From positions 1 to 47,835 of IMG/VR virus record IMGVR_UViG_3300049436_000142: a DNA stretch of 47,835 nt. One strand, given 5' to 3'. Positions within the stretch are counted from its first letter, which is position 1. The number at the start of each line of letters is the position of its first letter. The translations under genes were made by a program, and so were the position numbers. This DNA is from a virus (taxonomy: Duplodnaviria > Caudoviricetes). The notes beneath the pieces were generated by a model. The model made no database searches, was not told the origin of the DNA, and worked only from the letters and a program-made list of their open reading frames with translations. Shown here piece by piece: positions 26,104 through 36,500 of this stretch.

Positions 26104-27689
26104 GCAGAGGCACCCAGAACGGAAAGCACGCCGCCACTCCGCCTCCGCAATGTCGCTGCGCGATCTACACCCGAAAGTCGAGCGAGGAGGGGCTCAAGCA
26201 GGAGTTCAACTCCCTCGACGCCCAGCGTGAGGCGGCGGAGGCGTACGTCGCCAGCCAGCGGAACGAGGGATGGTCAGCGCTTCCCGATCGATACGACGAC
26301 GGCGGATTCTCGGGGGGCAACGTCGATCGGCCTGGCCTCAAGAGCCTGATGGCCGACATCGAGGCGGGCAAAATCGACTGCGTGGTGGTCTACAAGGTGG
26401 ACCGTCTGTCCCGGTCGCTGATGGACTTCGCGCGCCTCATGGAGGTCTTTGATCGCCACAAGGTTTCGTTCGTCTCGGTTACCCAGCACTTCAACACGAC
26501 CCATTCGATGGGCCGGCTCACGCTCAACATCCTCCTGTCGTTCGCCCAGTTCGAGCGTGAGATCATCGGCGAGCGCATCCGGGACAAGATCGCGGCGGCG
26601 AAGAAGCGGGGCAAATGGGGCGGCGGTCCGCCGCCGTTCGGGTACGACGTCGACCGCTCGAACGGAAGCCCACGCCTCGTCGTCAACCCGGCTGAGGCGT
26701 CGCGGGTTCGCCACATCTTTGAGCGGTACCTCGAGCTCGGGTCGTTGCTGTCGGTCGGTGAAGATCTCTGCAAACGCGGCTGGAAGACCAAATCGTGGCG
26801 AACGAAGGCGGGCGTGGTTCGCGGAGGCGTGGAATGGGACCGGCACTCGGTGTACTGCACGCTGACGAATCCGATCTACATGGGCAAGGTGGTCCACAAA
26901 GGCGAAACGTACCAGGGGCAGCACGAGGCCATCGTCGAGGAGGAGATGTTCCGGCGTGCTCACGTGCTGATGCAAAAGAACTCACGGACCCGCGGCAACG
27001 AACTGAGAAACCAGTTCGGGGCGCTCCTGCGCAAGCTGCTGTACTGCAAGGGTTGTGGCAGCGCGATGGTGCACACCTTCACCCGGCGCGGGAACAAGGC
27101 GTATCGGTACTACGTCTGCTGCAACGCCATCAAGAAGGGCCGCGCTCGTTGCCAGAGTGGTTCGCTGCCCGCCCTTGAGATCGAGAAGGCGGTCGTCGAA
27201 CAGATCCGGTGCGTCGGCCAGGACCAGAGCGTTCTGGAGGAGACGCTCTCGGTATCGCGGGCTCAAGCAGACGCCGCCATCGAGCAGTTGGACGCCGAGC
27301 TGCGCATCGTCAACCGTGGTCTGGGGCGCAATCACGCCGAGATCCGCCGCCTGGCAACCACCGAGCCAGCGTCCTCCGCGTCCGCGGGCCGCATCACCGA
27401 CCTCAACGACCAGATCCGCGAGGCGGAGCGGCGGGCCAGCGACATTGGGGCCGCCGTAGAACGCCACCGAGCGGAAGTGCTCTCAGCCGAAGACCTCCAC
27501 GCGGCGTTTGCCGACTTCGACAACGTCTGGACCGCGCTCGCGCCCCGAGAACAGGTCCGGATGCTCCAGTTGCTGATCAACAAGGTCGTCTACGACGCCC
27601 TCGACAGCAGCATCGAGGTGTCGTTCTACCCGTCGGGCGTGAAGGCGCTCGCGGGCGGGGCCGTGGAAGGACCGGAGGCCCAGGCATGA
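26100..27689 (+). CDS. Large serine recombinase (resolvase + recombinase + Zn ribbon)
   Basis: CAIYTRKSS (catalytic Ser), SLDAQ, DGGFSGGNVDRPGL, YKVDRLSRS, FAQFERE, NPIYMG, CKGCG...YYVC, coiled coil. Confidence 0.96.
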   Translation: MSRGTQNGKHAATPPPQCRCAIYTRKSSEEGLKQEFNSLDAQREAAEAYVASQRNEGWSALPDRYDDGGFSGGNVDRPGLKSLMADIEAGKIDCVVVYKVDRLSRSLMDFARLMEVFDRHKVSFVSVTQHFNTTHSMGRLTLNILLSFAQFEREIIGERIRDKIAAAKKRGKWGGGPPPFGYDVDRSNGSPRLVVNPAEASRVRHIFERYLELGSLLSVGEDLCKRGWKTKSWRTKAGVVRGGVEWDRHSVYCTLTNPIYMGKVVHKGETYQGQHEAIVEEEMFRRAHVLMQKNSRTRGNELRNQFGALLRKLLYCKGCGSAMVHTFTRRGNKAYRYYVCCNAIKKGRARCQSGSLPALEIEKAVVEQIRCVGQDQSVLEETLSVSRAQADAAIEQLDAELRIVNRGLGRNHAEIRRLATTEPASSASAGRITDLNDQIREAERRASDIGAAVERHRAEVLSAEDLHAAFADFDNVWTALAPREQVRMLQLLINKVVYDALDSSIEVSFYPSGVKALAGGAVEGPEAQA

Positions 27690-28081
27690 TCACCGTCAAG
27701 GCGAAGGTCTTCTTCAACCGCGCCGCACACGGGCGCAAGACGATCGACACGAAGCCCGCCGCGCGCGTGGCCGTGGACCCCGGCCGCGTGCCGCGGATCT
27801 CCCGCCTGATGGCGCTGGCCATCCACTTCGACGAGATGATCCGCGCCGGCAAGGTCGCCAACATCTCCGAGATCGCCCGGCTGACGCACGTCACCCAGCC
27901 TCGGATCACGCAGCTGATGAATCTCTGCCACCTCGCGCCGGATATTCAGGAGGAGATCCTGTTCCTGCCGCTGGTGATGAGTGGGCGCGATCCCATCCAC
28001 GAGCACATGCTGCGCGACGTGGCCTGCGTGATGGACTGGATGGAGCAACGGCGGCGGTGGGGATCGCTGCCGCGCCGCTGA
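27686..28081 (+). CDS. LSR-associated accessory HTH protein
   Basis: ATGA overlap with the LSR stop; PRISRLMALA...EIARLTHVTQPRITQLMNLCHLAPDIQEEIL. Confidence 0.8.
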   Translation: MITVKAKVFFNRAAHGRKTIDTKPAARVAVDPGRVPRISRLMALAIHFDEMIRAGKVANISEIARLTHVTQPRITQLMNLCHLAPDIQEEILFLPLVMSGRDPIHEHMLRDVACVMDWMEQRRRWGSLPRR

Positions 28082-28084
28082 CAA

Positions 28085-28243
28085 CTACTTCTTCTTGTTG
28101 TCGTAGCGCCCCGTGTCGCCGTTCCCCTTCTTGGGCATGACCTCGACCGACGACCCTCGGGGGTTGGCCTTAGCCTGATCGACGGACTTCAGGCGGCCCG
28201 TCTCGTTGTCCCGACCGATCTTGAATCCCTTGGACTTCGACAT
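28085..28243 (-). CDS. Small basic protein (52 aa)
   Basis: MSKSKGFKIGRDNETGRLKSVDQAKANPRGSSVEVMPKK...; GGAG RBS; codon usage looks coding. Confidence 0.6.
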   Translation of the reverse strand: MSKSKGFKIGRDNETGRLKSVDQAKANPRGSSVEVMPKKGNGDTGRYDNKKK

Positions 28244-28353
28244 GGCGTCTACTCCATTTTGACGCGGGCTGTCGGATCTACCCTGATCCGCTGGCTTTGA
28301 CCCGCTGGTTATGATACCCTGTCCACGTTCACTGAACATGGACGGAGTACAAA

Positions 28354-30084
28354 ATGGCCAAGCGGACCGCGAAGAAGCCGAAGGACGAAGCCCCGCAGAA
28401 CGGGACGGCACAGCTCATGAAGGAGCTGTGGCAGGCCGCCGTGAACCTGCGCGGCTCGATCGAGCCCGCCGACTATAAGCGGTACGTCTTGCCCATCATC
28501 TTTCTCCGGTTCCTCTCGCTGCGCTATGAGCGCCGCCGCGAGGAACTCGAGGGGTTGCTCGCGGACCCGAAGAGCGATTACTTCACCAAGGACGCGAAGG
28601 CCCGCGCCCGCATCCTGGCCGACGCGGACGAGTACCGCGCTGCGGGTGCTTTCATCGTCCCCGAGAAGTCGCGCTGGTCGTACATCCTCCAGCACGCCCA
28701 GGCGGACACGATCAAGAGCATCCTCGACGACGCACTCGAACTCCTGGAGAAGACCTACCCCGACAAGCTCCGCGGCCTGCTGCCCCGCATCTACGCCGGC
28801 TCGAACCTTGACCGCGAGGGCGTCACCGGGCTCATCAATCTGTTCTCGAAGGACATCTTCAAGCAGGACCACGGCGGCGAGGATCTGGTCGGCCGCGTCT
28901 ACGAGTACTTCATCGGCGAGTTCGCCAACAGCGAGGGCAAGCGCGGCGGCGAGTACTTCACGCCCGTCTCCATCGTCCGCACGCTCGTCGCCATGCTGGA
29001 GCCCACCGACGGCGTCGTGTACGACCCCTGCTGTGGCGCTGGCGGCATGTTCGTGCAGTCGGACGTGTTTACGAAGCACTCCGGCCGCCTGTCGTTCATC
29101 GGTCAGGAAAGCAAGGACTTCACGTACCGGCTGTGCCGGATGAACCTCTTCATCCACGGCATCGACGGCAACATCCAATTGGGCAGTTCGTACTTCAACG
29201 ACCTGCACGCCGACACGAAGGCCGACTACGTCATCGCCAATCCCCCCTTCAACGACGGCGCGAAGGGCGAGGACGGCTGGGGCGCTCACCGCATCACGAG
29301 CAAGGACCCACGGTTGGACTTCGCCAAGCGTGCTGGCGCGAACGGCCAGGGCCAGCCCATGCCTCTCTCGCCGCGCAACGCCAACACCATGTGGATGATG
29401 CACTTCCTGCATCACCTCCGTGACCCGACCCCCCCAACGGAAAGAAGCACGCGGGCGGCCCATCCCGGAGGAACCGCCGGGTTCGTCATGGCCACGGGCG
29501 AACTTTCCAACAGCGAGATCCACCGCCTCGAAGTCCGCAAGGCCCTCGTCGAGCACGGGTACGTGGACTGCATCGTGCAGCTCACGGGCCAGCTCTTCGC
29601 CAACACGCAGATCCCGTGCTGCCTCTGGTTCCTCTCGAAGAACCGTGGCGGTGTCGGCGGCTTCCGCGCTCGGAAGAACGAGATCCTCTTCATCGACGGC
29701 CGCAAGCTCGGCGTGCTCATCCCCGGCTCGCGGAAGCAGAAGCAGTTGTCTGCGGAAGAGGTCGAGAAGATCGCATCCGTCTACCGCGAGTTCAAGCGGA
29801 AGGGCACGCCCGCGGAGGTCGCGGGCTTCTGCAAGGCCGCGACGCTCGATGAGATCCGCGAGCATAACTACGCGCTAACGCCAGGCCGCTACGTCGGCGC
29901 GGCCGAGAGCGATGACCCCGACGAGCCGTTCGAGGACCGCTTCCCGCACCTGTGCGCGACCTTGGATGAGCAGTTCACGCAGTCGGCCGCGCTGGAGAAG
30001 CAGATCCGGCTGAGCCTGGCCGAGGTGGCGGCGGCGATGGGAAGCTCCGCCGTCGCGGCGGTCACAAACGGGAGGGCACGGTAA
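28354..30084 (+). CDS. hsdM: Type I restriction-modification methyltransferase subunit
   Basis: LWQAAVNLRG, GEYFTP, YDPCCGAGGM, catalytic NPPF, YALTPGRYVG. Confidence 0.96.
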   Translation: MAKRTAKKPKDEAPQNGTAQLMKELWQAAVNLRGSIEPADYKRYVLPIIFLRFLSLRYERRREELEGLLADPKSDYFTKDAKARARILADADEYRAAGAFIVPEKSRWSYILQHAQADTIKSILDDALELLEKTYPDKLRGLLPRIYAGSNLDREGVTGLINLFSKDIFKQDHGGEDLVGRVYEYFIGEFANSEGKRGGEYFTPVSIVRTLVAMLEPTDGVVYDPCCGAGGMFVQSDVFTKHSGRLSFIGQESKDFTYRLCRMNLFIHGIDGNIQLGSSYFNDLHADTKADYVIANPPFNDGAKGEDGWGAHRITSKDPRLDFAKRAGANGQGQPMPLSPRNANTMWMMHFLHHLRDPTPPTERSTRAAHPGGTAGFVMATGELSNSEIHRLEVRKALVEHGYVDCIVQLTGQLFANTQIPCCLWFLSKNRGGVGGFRARKNEILFIDGRKLGVLIPGSRKQKQLSAEEVEKIASVYREFKRKGTPAEVAGFCKAATLDEIREHNYALTPGRYVGAAESDDPDEPFEDRFPHLCATLDEQFTQSAALEKQIRLSLAEVAAAMGSSAVAAVTNGRAR

Positions 30085-31197
30085 ATGGCTGACAATCTCC
30101 CCGCCCCGCAGGAGCCCGTGCCGGGCCTCGTGCTCTACCAATCCCCCGACGGCACCACGCGATTCCAGGTCCGGCTGGATCAGGAAACCCTCTGGCTCAC
30201 CCAGCGGCAACTGGCCGACCTGTTCCAGAAGTCCGCCCCCACCATCAACGAGCACGTCTCCAACGTCTTTGCCGAGGGGGAGTTACCGCCAGAGGCAACT
30301 ATTCGGAAATTCCGAATAGTTCAAAATGAGGGCGGGCGGGAGGTCGAGCGGCTGGTCGATCACTACTCGCTGGACGTGGTCATCGCCGTGGGCTACCGGG
30401 TCCGGTCCACGCGGGGCACGCAGTTCCGCCAGTGGGCCACCGCCACGCTCCGGGAGTATCTGGTCAAGGGCTTCGCGCTCGACGACCAGCGGCTCAAAGA
30501 GGGGAAGCACTTCGGGACGGATTACTTCGACGAGCTGCTCGAACGCATCCGGGCGATCCGGGCCAGCGAGCGGCGGTTCTATCAGAAGATCACCGACATC
30601 TACGCGACGAGCGTGGACTACGACGCCAACGCCGCGCTCACGCAGGAGTTCTACGCCACGGTGCAGAACAAGCTGCACTGGGCGATCCACGGGCACACCG
30701 CCGCGGAAATCATCAAGGAGCGTGCCGACGCCCGCAAGCCCAACATGGGGCTGACGACCTGGAAGAACGCCCCCGGCGGCGCGATCCGCAAGGCGGATGT
30801 CGCCGTGGCGAAAAACTATCTCCAGAAGGACGAACTCGACGCCCTCAACCGCATCGTGACCATGTACCTCGACTTCGCCGAGGACCAGGCGCGGAACAAG
30901 CGGACCATGCACATGGCCGACTGGGTCAAGAAGCTCGACGCGTTCCTTCAGTTCACCGAGCGGAACATCCTGACGCACGCGGGCAAGGTCTCCAAGGAGA
31001 TGGGCCAGAGCCACGCCGAGCGCGAGTTCGAGAAGTATGAGGCGCAGGTGCGTTTGCGCGAGGCGACCGAGCCGACCAGCGACTTCGACAAGGCCGTCGA
31101 GAACATCAAGCGGCTGGAGGGCGAGGCGAAGAAGGCCAAGCCCGCGCCCGACCGCCCCGCGAAGAAACCCGGCAAGAAGAAGGGCGGGAAGCAGTGA
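30085..31197 (+). CDS. rhuM: RhuM-family protein
   Basis: ETLWLTQRQLADLF, YSLDVVIAVGYRVRS.RGTQFRQWAT, IRASERRFYQKITDIY, VAKNYL. Confidence 0.92.
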   Translation: MADNLPAPQEPVPGLVLYQSPDGTTRFQVRLDQETLWLTQRQLADLFQKSAPTINEHVSNVFAEGELPPEATIRKFRIVQNEGGREVERLVDHYSLDVVIAVGYRVRSTRGTQFRQWATATLREYLVKGFALDDQRLKEGKHFGTDYFDELLERIRAIRASERRFYQKITDIYATSVDYDANAALTQEFYATVQNKLHWAIHGHTAAEIIKERADARKPNMGLTTWKNAPGGAIRKADVAVAKNYLQKDELDALNRIVTMYLDFAEDQARNKRTMHMADWVKKLDAFLQFTERNILTHAGKVSKEMGQSHAEREFEKYEAQVRLREATEPTSDFDKAVENIKRLEGEAKKAKPAPDRPAKKPGKKKGGKQ

Positions 31198-31280
31198 CGC
31201 CCACACACCTGAACCACGCTCCCGCCGCGCAGATTTTGCCCTCCGGGCACCGTGCCCGCTGCGGCGGGGCCGCGCGCCAG

Positions 31281-31679
31281 GACGCGACAGGTCAGTTGTC
31301 GCACGCGACGGATGACCTGTCGCGTCCGCCGGGTCAGTTGGAGAACGCTCCGGGCGGGCTGGCGACCTCGCCGGGCGGGCCGGAACACGCGCCGGGTCGC
31401 CTGTCGCGTTGTCCGGGTCATCCGTCGCGTTCTCCGGGCGAGTCGGAGAACGCTCCGACTCATCCGGAGCGTCTTCCGAGTGAGCCGGAGGGAAGCGGCG
31501 CAGCGCGCCGCCCCCCCGCGGCGGCGCGCCGGGAGGGATTGGAAGCGCCCCGGAGGGGAATGGCGGCGCGCCGGAGGCCCGGGGCCGCGCCCCGGAGCCC
31601 AGCGGTGGCGCGCCGGGAGGGAGTGGCCGGCGCACGGACGGGATTGGATGGCCCTCGGAGGCCCGGCGCAGCGCGCCGG
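31281..31679 (+). repeat. Degenerate 21-bp tandem array (about 19 units in two sub-arrays)
   Basis: Units such as cacgcgccgggtcgcctgtcg / cgttgtccgggtcatccgtcg (31281-31490) and aggggaatggcggcgcgccgg / agcccagcggtggcgcgccgg (31491-31679) stay in continuous 21-bp register. Confidence 0.75.
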
Positions 31680-31710
31680 GGCGGCGGGGTTGTCGCACTG
31701 GCCCGCGCGG

Positions 31711-31984
31711 TCTTCGCCCCAGCGGTGCGACGGGCTGTAGCCACGGGTGGAGCGGAGGGCCGAAGGCCCGAGCGCAACCCGTGGACAGGGGCGGGGCATG
31801 CGCCCTCCGCCCCGGCGGGGCGGCGGAGTTTCGCGGGCTGTGCCAGCTCGCCTGTTGATGCGCCCTTCCTCTGCCCCTCCGGGGCAGGCGAGAACATGAA
31901 CGACGCTCTCCACGGGTTGCGTTCGCTCGAAGACTCGCTCACTCCACCCGTGGCTACACCCCTTGACCCCTCCGGGGTCGAAGA
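31711..31984. repeat. Long nested inverted repeat (REP/REPIN- or MITE-like element)
   Basis: Perfect 17-bp IR tgtagccacgggtggag (31736-31752) with 31942-31958; perfect 13-bp IR 31773-31785 with 31909-31921; four gcccc-N3-ggggc-type mini-hairpins; tcttcg/cgaaga at the ends. Confidence 0.8.
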
Positions 31985-32097
31985 CAGGAGACGCGCCCGC
32001 GCGGGTGGTCGTCTCTTCTCAGCCGGGGAGGTGCCGGAGGGGCGGCACGCCCCTCTGGCATCAGCGGACCTGCACGCGGGCGGATCGGGGGTGCGGC

Positions 32098-33537
32098 GTG
32101 GGTGATTCTCGCTCCGCGATGAAGGAGACGACGTTTCAGGCGTTGATCGACGCCGGTCTCATCGAGATCGGCGACGGCTACCGCGCGAAGAACAACGAAC
32201 TCGGCGGCACGGGGCCGATGTTCCTGCGGGCCGGGCACGTCTCCGACACGCACATCTCGTTCGATGGAGTTGAGCGATTCCACGCGCACCTCGCGGATGT
32301 GGTCGCGTCCAAGATGAGCAAGCCCGGCGATGTCGTGATTACGACGAAGGGAAACAGCACGGGGCGCACCGCGTTCGTCACGCCCGATCTGCCGCCCTTC
32401 GTGTACTCGCCGCACCTCTCGTACTGGCGCTCGAAGGATCACGCCGCGATCGTGCCGGGCTTCTTGCGCGCGTGGTCGAACGGTGCCGAGTTCACCGAGC
32501 AGTTGGACGGGATGAAACTCTCGACGGACATGGCCCCGTACCTCAGCCTCACCGACCAACGACGCCTGCATATCACGCTGCCGCCCCCCGCCGAGCAGCG
32601 CGCCATCGCGCGGGTGCTGGGGGGGCTGGATGACAAGATCGAGCTCAATCGGCGGATGAACCGGACGCTGGAGGACCTGGCGCGCGGGGTGTTCCGGTCG
32701 TGGTTCGTGGACTTTGACCCCGTGCTGCGGCCCGCCCCAGGCCCACGTTCGCGTCCACCTTCACCACCGCCTGTCCCCCCCGCCCGCCGCGGCGGCCCCG
32801 CCTCCCCCGCGCCCCGCTCGGCCCCCGCGGCCCCCGCCCCCCCACACGCCCCCTGGCCCACACGCCTCACCGATTCCCCCCTCGGCCCCATCCCCGAGGG
32901 GTGGAGGGTGGGGACGGTGTACGAGCACGCCGACGTGATCTACGGTGCGCCCTTCGCCTCCAGCAAGTTCAACACGGACGGGCGGGGATTGCCGTTGATC
33001 CGCATCCGCGATCTGGACAACCACGACCCCGAGGTCTTCACCGACGAGGAGCACCCGAAGGGCACCCGGATTCACGCAGGCGACATCGTGGTCGGGATGG
33101 ACGGCGAGTTCCGGGCGCACGTCTGGCGCGGCCCAGAGTGCTGGCTCAACCAGCGGATGTGCCAGTTCAAGCCCAAGCGTGCGGAAGACGCGGCCTTCGT
33201 GTTGTATGCGATCGAGCCGTTGCTCGCGGAAGTCGAGCGTTCCGAAGTCGGCACGACCGTGATTCACTTGGGCAAGGCCGACATGGACAAGTTCAAGGTC
33301 GTGGTCCCGCCCCGAGCGGTCATGGATGCGTTTGCCAAGATCGCGCGACCGATGCTCGATCAGATGGTGGCGAACGGCATCGAGTCACGGCGTCTCGCCG
33401 CGACCCGCGATGCGCTCCTGCCCGTCCTCCTGTCGGGCGAGGTGCGGCTCCGATCCACCGGGACATCCACACCACCCGAGCGGGCCGCTCGCCCGGGCGC
33501 GGGGACGGTTCACGCGGGCGCGAAAGGGAGGGCCTGA
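32098..33537 (+). CDS. hsdS: Type I R-M specificity subunit
   Basis: Two TRDs. Conserved regions PPPAEQRAIARVLGGLDDKIELNRRMNRTLE...FRSWFVDF, LGPIPEGW, LAATRDALLPVLLSGE. Start GTG 32098 or ATG 32119. Confidence 0.93.
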   Translation: MGDSRSAMKETTFQALIDAGLIEIGDGYRAKNNELGGTGPMFLRAGHVSDTHISFDGVERFHAHLADVVASKMSKPGDVVITTKGNSTGRTAFVTPDLPPFVYSPHLSYWRSKDHAAIVPGFLRAWSNGAEFTEQLDGMKLSTDMAPYLSLTDQRRLHITLPPPAEQRAIARVLGGLDDKIELNRRMNRTLEDLARGVFRSWFVDFDPVLRPAPGPRSRPPSPPPVPPARRGGPASPAPRSAPAAPAPPHAPWPTRLTDSPLGPIPEGWRVGTVYEHADVIYGAPFASSKFNTDGRGLPLIRIRDLDNHDPEVFTDEEHPKGTRIHAGDIVVGMDGEFRAHVWRGPECWLNQRMCQFKPKRAEDAAFVLYAIEPLLAEVERSEVGTTVIHLGKADMDKFKVVVPPRAVMDAFAKIARPMLDQMVANGIESRRLAATRDALLPVLLSGEVRLRSTGTSTPPERAARPGAGTVHAGAKGRA

Positions 33538-33540
33538 CGC

Positions 33541-36500
33541 ATGGGCTGGCACGGCTCCGAGTCTGAGTTCGAGTACACCACCATCGAGCGGCTCAAGGCC
33601 CTGGGCTACACCCATGTCCACGGGTCGGAACTGCTGGCGATGCGGGGCGGCGATGAGGCCGAGGTGGTGCTCAAGGACCGCCTGCGCGCGTTTTTGACGC
33701 GACGGTACGGACGGACAGTAACCCGACCGGACGGGCTGCCCGAGGCGGCCATCGAGTTGGCCGTCGCCAAGTTCGCACGGCCCGAGGGAGTGGACACGCT
33801 CCGCCGCAACGCCGCGCTGCACGCCATGCTGCGCGGGGGCGTGGAGATCGCGGTCGAAGAACCGGCGACAAAGACGACACCCGCGAGGAAGCGCATCGCG
33901 CACGTCTACGCTGTGGACTGGGAGCAGCCGGAGAACAACGAGTTCCTGGTTGTGAACCAGTTGCCCGTGCACGGGGTGCGCGAATCCGGCGGAGCCGGAA
34001 CTGGCAACGACCGTCGCCCGGATGTCATCGTGTACGTCAACGGGCTGCCGCTGGTCCTGTTCGAGTTGAAGAATCCGTACGACGACCAGCCAACCGTGGC
34101 GGACGCGATCAACCAGATCGGCCACTACCGCCACGAGATCCCGCAACTCTTCGACCACAACGCGCTGTGCATCGCCAGCGACGGCGTGACCACGCTGCAC
34201 GGCATGTGGACCGCGAACGAGGAGTGGTACGCGCCGTGGAAGAGCATTGATGGCACGAGCGTCGAGCGCGGCACTACTGGGAGCATGAAGACGTTGGTCG
34301 AGGGACTGCTGCCCAAGGACCGGCTCCTCGCGTACATCCGCGACTTTATTGTGTTCGAGGGAGCCACGGGCGGCGGTGCCGCGGGGGGCGCGTCGGGCGG
34401 GAAGATCATCAAGAAGGGCGGGAAGTATCACCAGTTCTTCGCGGTGCGGATCGGGGCGAGGAAGATCCTGGAGTCGGTCGCGGCGGGCAGCGCGGACAAG
34501 AGATTGGGCGTGATCTGGCACACCACCGGCTCGGGGAAGAGTTTGTCGATGTGCTTCCTGGTGGGGATGCTGCGGCGGGAGCCGTTGCTCAACAACCCGA
34601 CCTTCGTGATTCAGGTCGATCGGACGGACCTCGACCAGCAACTGCACGACCAGTTCGTCGCGGCGCGGTCGCTGGTGGGCGACGTCAAGCACGCCAAGAG
34701 CGTCGAGGACCTGCGCTCGCTGCTCCAGACGCAGGGCGGCGAGGTGATCTTCACCACCATCGAGAAGTTCGCGCTGCGTGAGGGCGAGGCCGAGCATCCG
34801 GTGCTCTCGACGCGAGACAATGTGATCGTGATCGCCGATGAGGCGCACCGAAGCCAGTACGGGTTCACCAAGGGCTTTGCACGCTGGCTCGGGGCGGCGC
34901 TGCCCAACGCGCGGCGGCTGGGGTTCACCGGCACGCCGGTTGCCTTCAGCGGGGCTGACACGGTGGAGGTCTTCGGCGACCTGGTCCACGTCTACGACAT
35001 CCGCCAGAGCCAGGACGACAAGGCGACGGTGCCGATCTTCTACGAGCCACGGCAGATCAAGCTTCATTTGAACAAGACGGACGTGGATGGGGCACTGGCG
35101 GAGATTGTCGAAGATGCGGAGGGGGGGGCGATCGACGAGTTGGAGAGAAAGAAGGGCCAATGGGCTGCGCTGGCCAAGGCGGCGGGCGCGAAGGAGCGGA
35201 TAGAACTACTCGCGGCCGACCTGCTCGCACACTTCAAGGACCGGACGGCGACGCTCAAGGGCAAGGCGATGGTCGTCTGCATGATCCGCGAGAACTGCGT
35301 GAGACTGTACGATGCGCTGAAGGCGCTGCCGGGGTGCCCCGAGATCAAGGTGGTGATGACCGGCGACCTGGGCAAGGACCCCGAGGCGTGGAGCAAGGCC
35401 GGACACCTGACGACCAAGCAGCAGCGCGAGGCGATCAAGAAACGGATGATCGACGCCGACGATCCGCTGTCGATGGTGATCGTCTGCGATATGTGGCTCA
35501 CGGGCACGGACATCCCTTGCCTGCACACGCTGTATGTGGACAAGCCCATGAAGGGCCACACGATGATCCAGGCGATCTCGCGTGTGAACCGCGTGTTCAG
35601 CGACAAGCCGCACGGACTGATCGTGGACTACATCGGCATTGGCGATGAGCTGCGGGCAGCCACCGCGAAGTACTCAGCGGGTGGAGAGGATCACGGGAAG
35701 CCCGCGGGCGGGCTGGATGAAGACGCCCGGCCGCTATTCGCGGCGGCGCTGGCCGAGGTGCGGTCGTTCCTCCCCGAAGGCGTGAATTACGGCGACTGGC
35801 GGCGGCTCTCGCCGATCGCGCTGGAGGACCGCTACGCGGCGGTTTATGGGCATCTGACCAGCGACGATGACCTGCGGGACCACTTCTTGGACGCCGAGCT
35901 GCGGCTGACGAGCGCATTCCTGCTCGTTAAACACCTGGATGACTGCCGCGCCAGCGCCGACGAGGTGATCTTCTGTCAGCGGGTGCGCAAGCAACTCCTC
36001 AAGACGATCCGCGGGCGTGGACCTACCAGAGACATCGAGAAGGCGGTGCGGGACCTGGTGGATGACACCGTCGAGAGCGAGGGCGTCGTTGACATCTTCA
36101 AGGCCGCGGGGATCACGCGGGCCGACATCTCGATCCTCGACGACAACTTCCTTCAGACGTTTAAGGATCGGCCGCTGCCGGACCTTCGGCTCAAGTTGCT
36201 CGAGAAACTGCTCGCCGACGAGATCCACATGCGGGCCAAGAAGAACTTGGCCAAGGCGAAGACGTTCCGTGAACTACTCGAAGCGACGCTCCAGAAGTAC
36301 CACAACCGGCTTATCGACGCGGCGGCCGTGATCCGCGCCATGATCGAGATCAAGAAGGACATGGAGGCATCGGATCAGCGGGCCGGGCAGTTGGGCTTGG
36401 CGGAGGATGAGCTTGCCTTCTATGACGCCGTCGCCATCAACTACGAGAACGTCTACGGCGTGGACTTCTTGAAGGGCCTGATCCACGACGTTGTGCAGAG

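Noticed and set aside
31281-31679. Possible CRISPR array
   Set aside because: Units are contiguous degenerate 21-mers with no constant repeat/unique spacer alternation, and no cas genes are present.
31194-32105. 303-aa ORF between rhuM and hsdS as a confident CDS
   Set aside because: Composed of the 21-bp array and the palindromic element, with several frames equally open. Kept only as a possibility in the findings.
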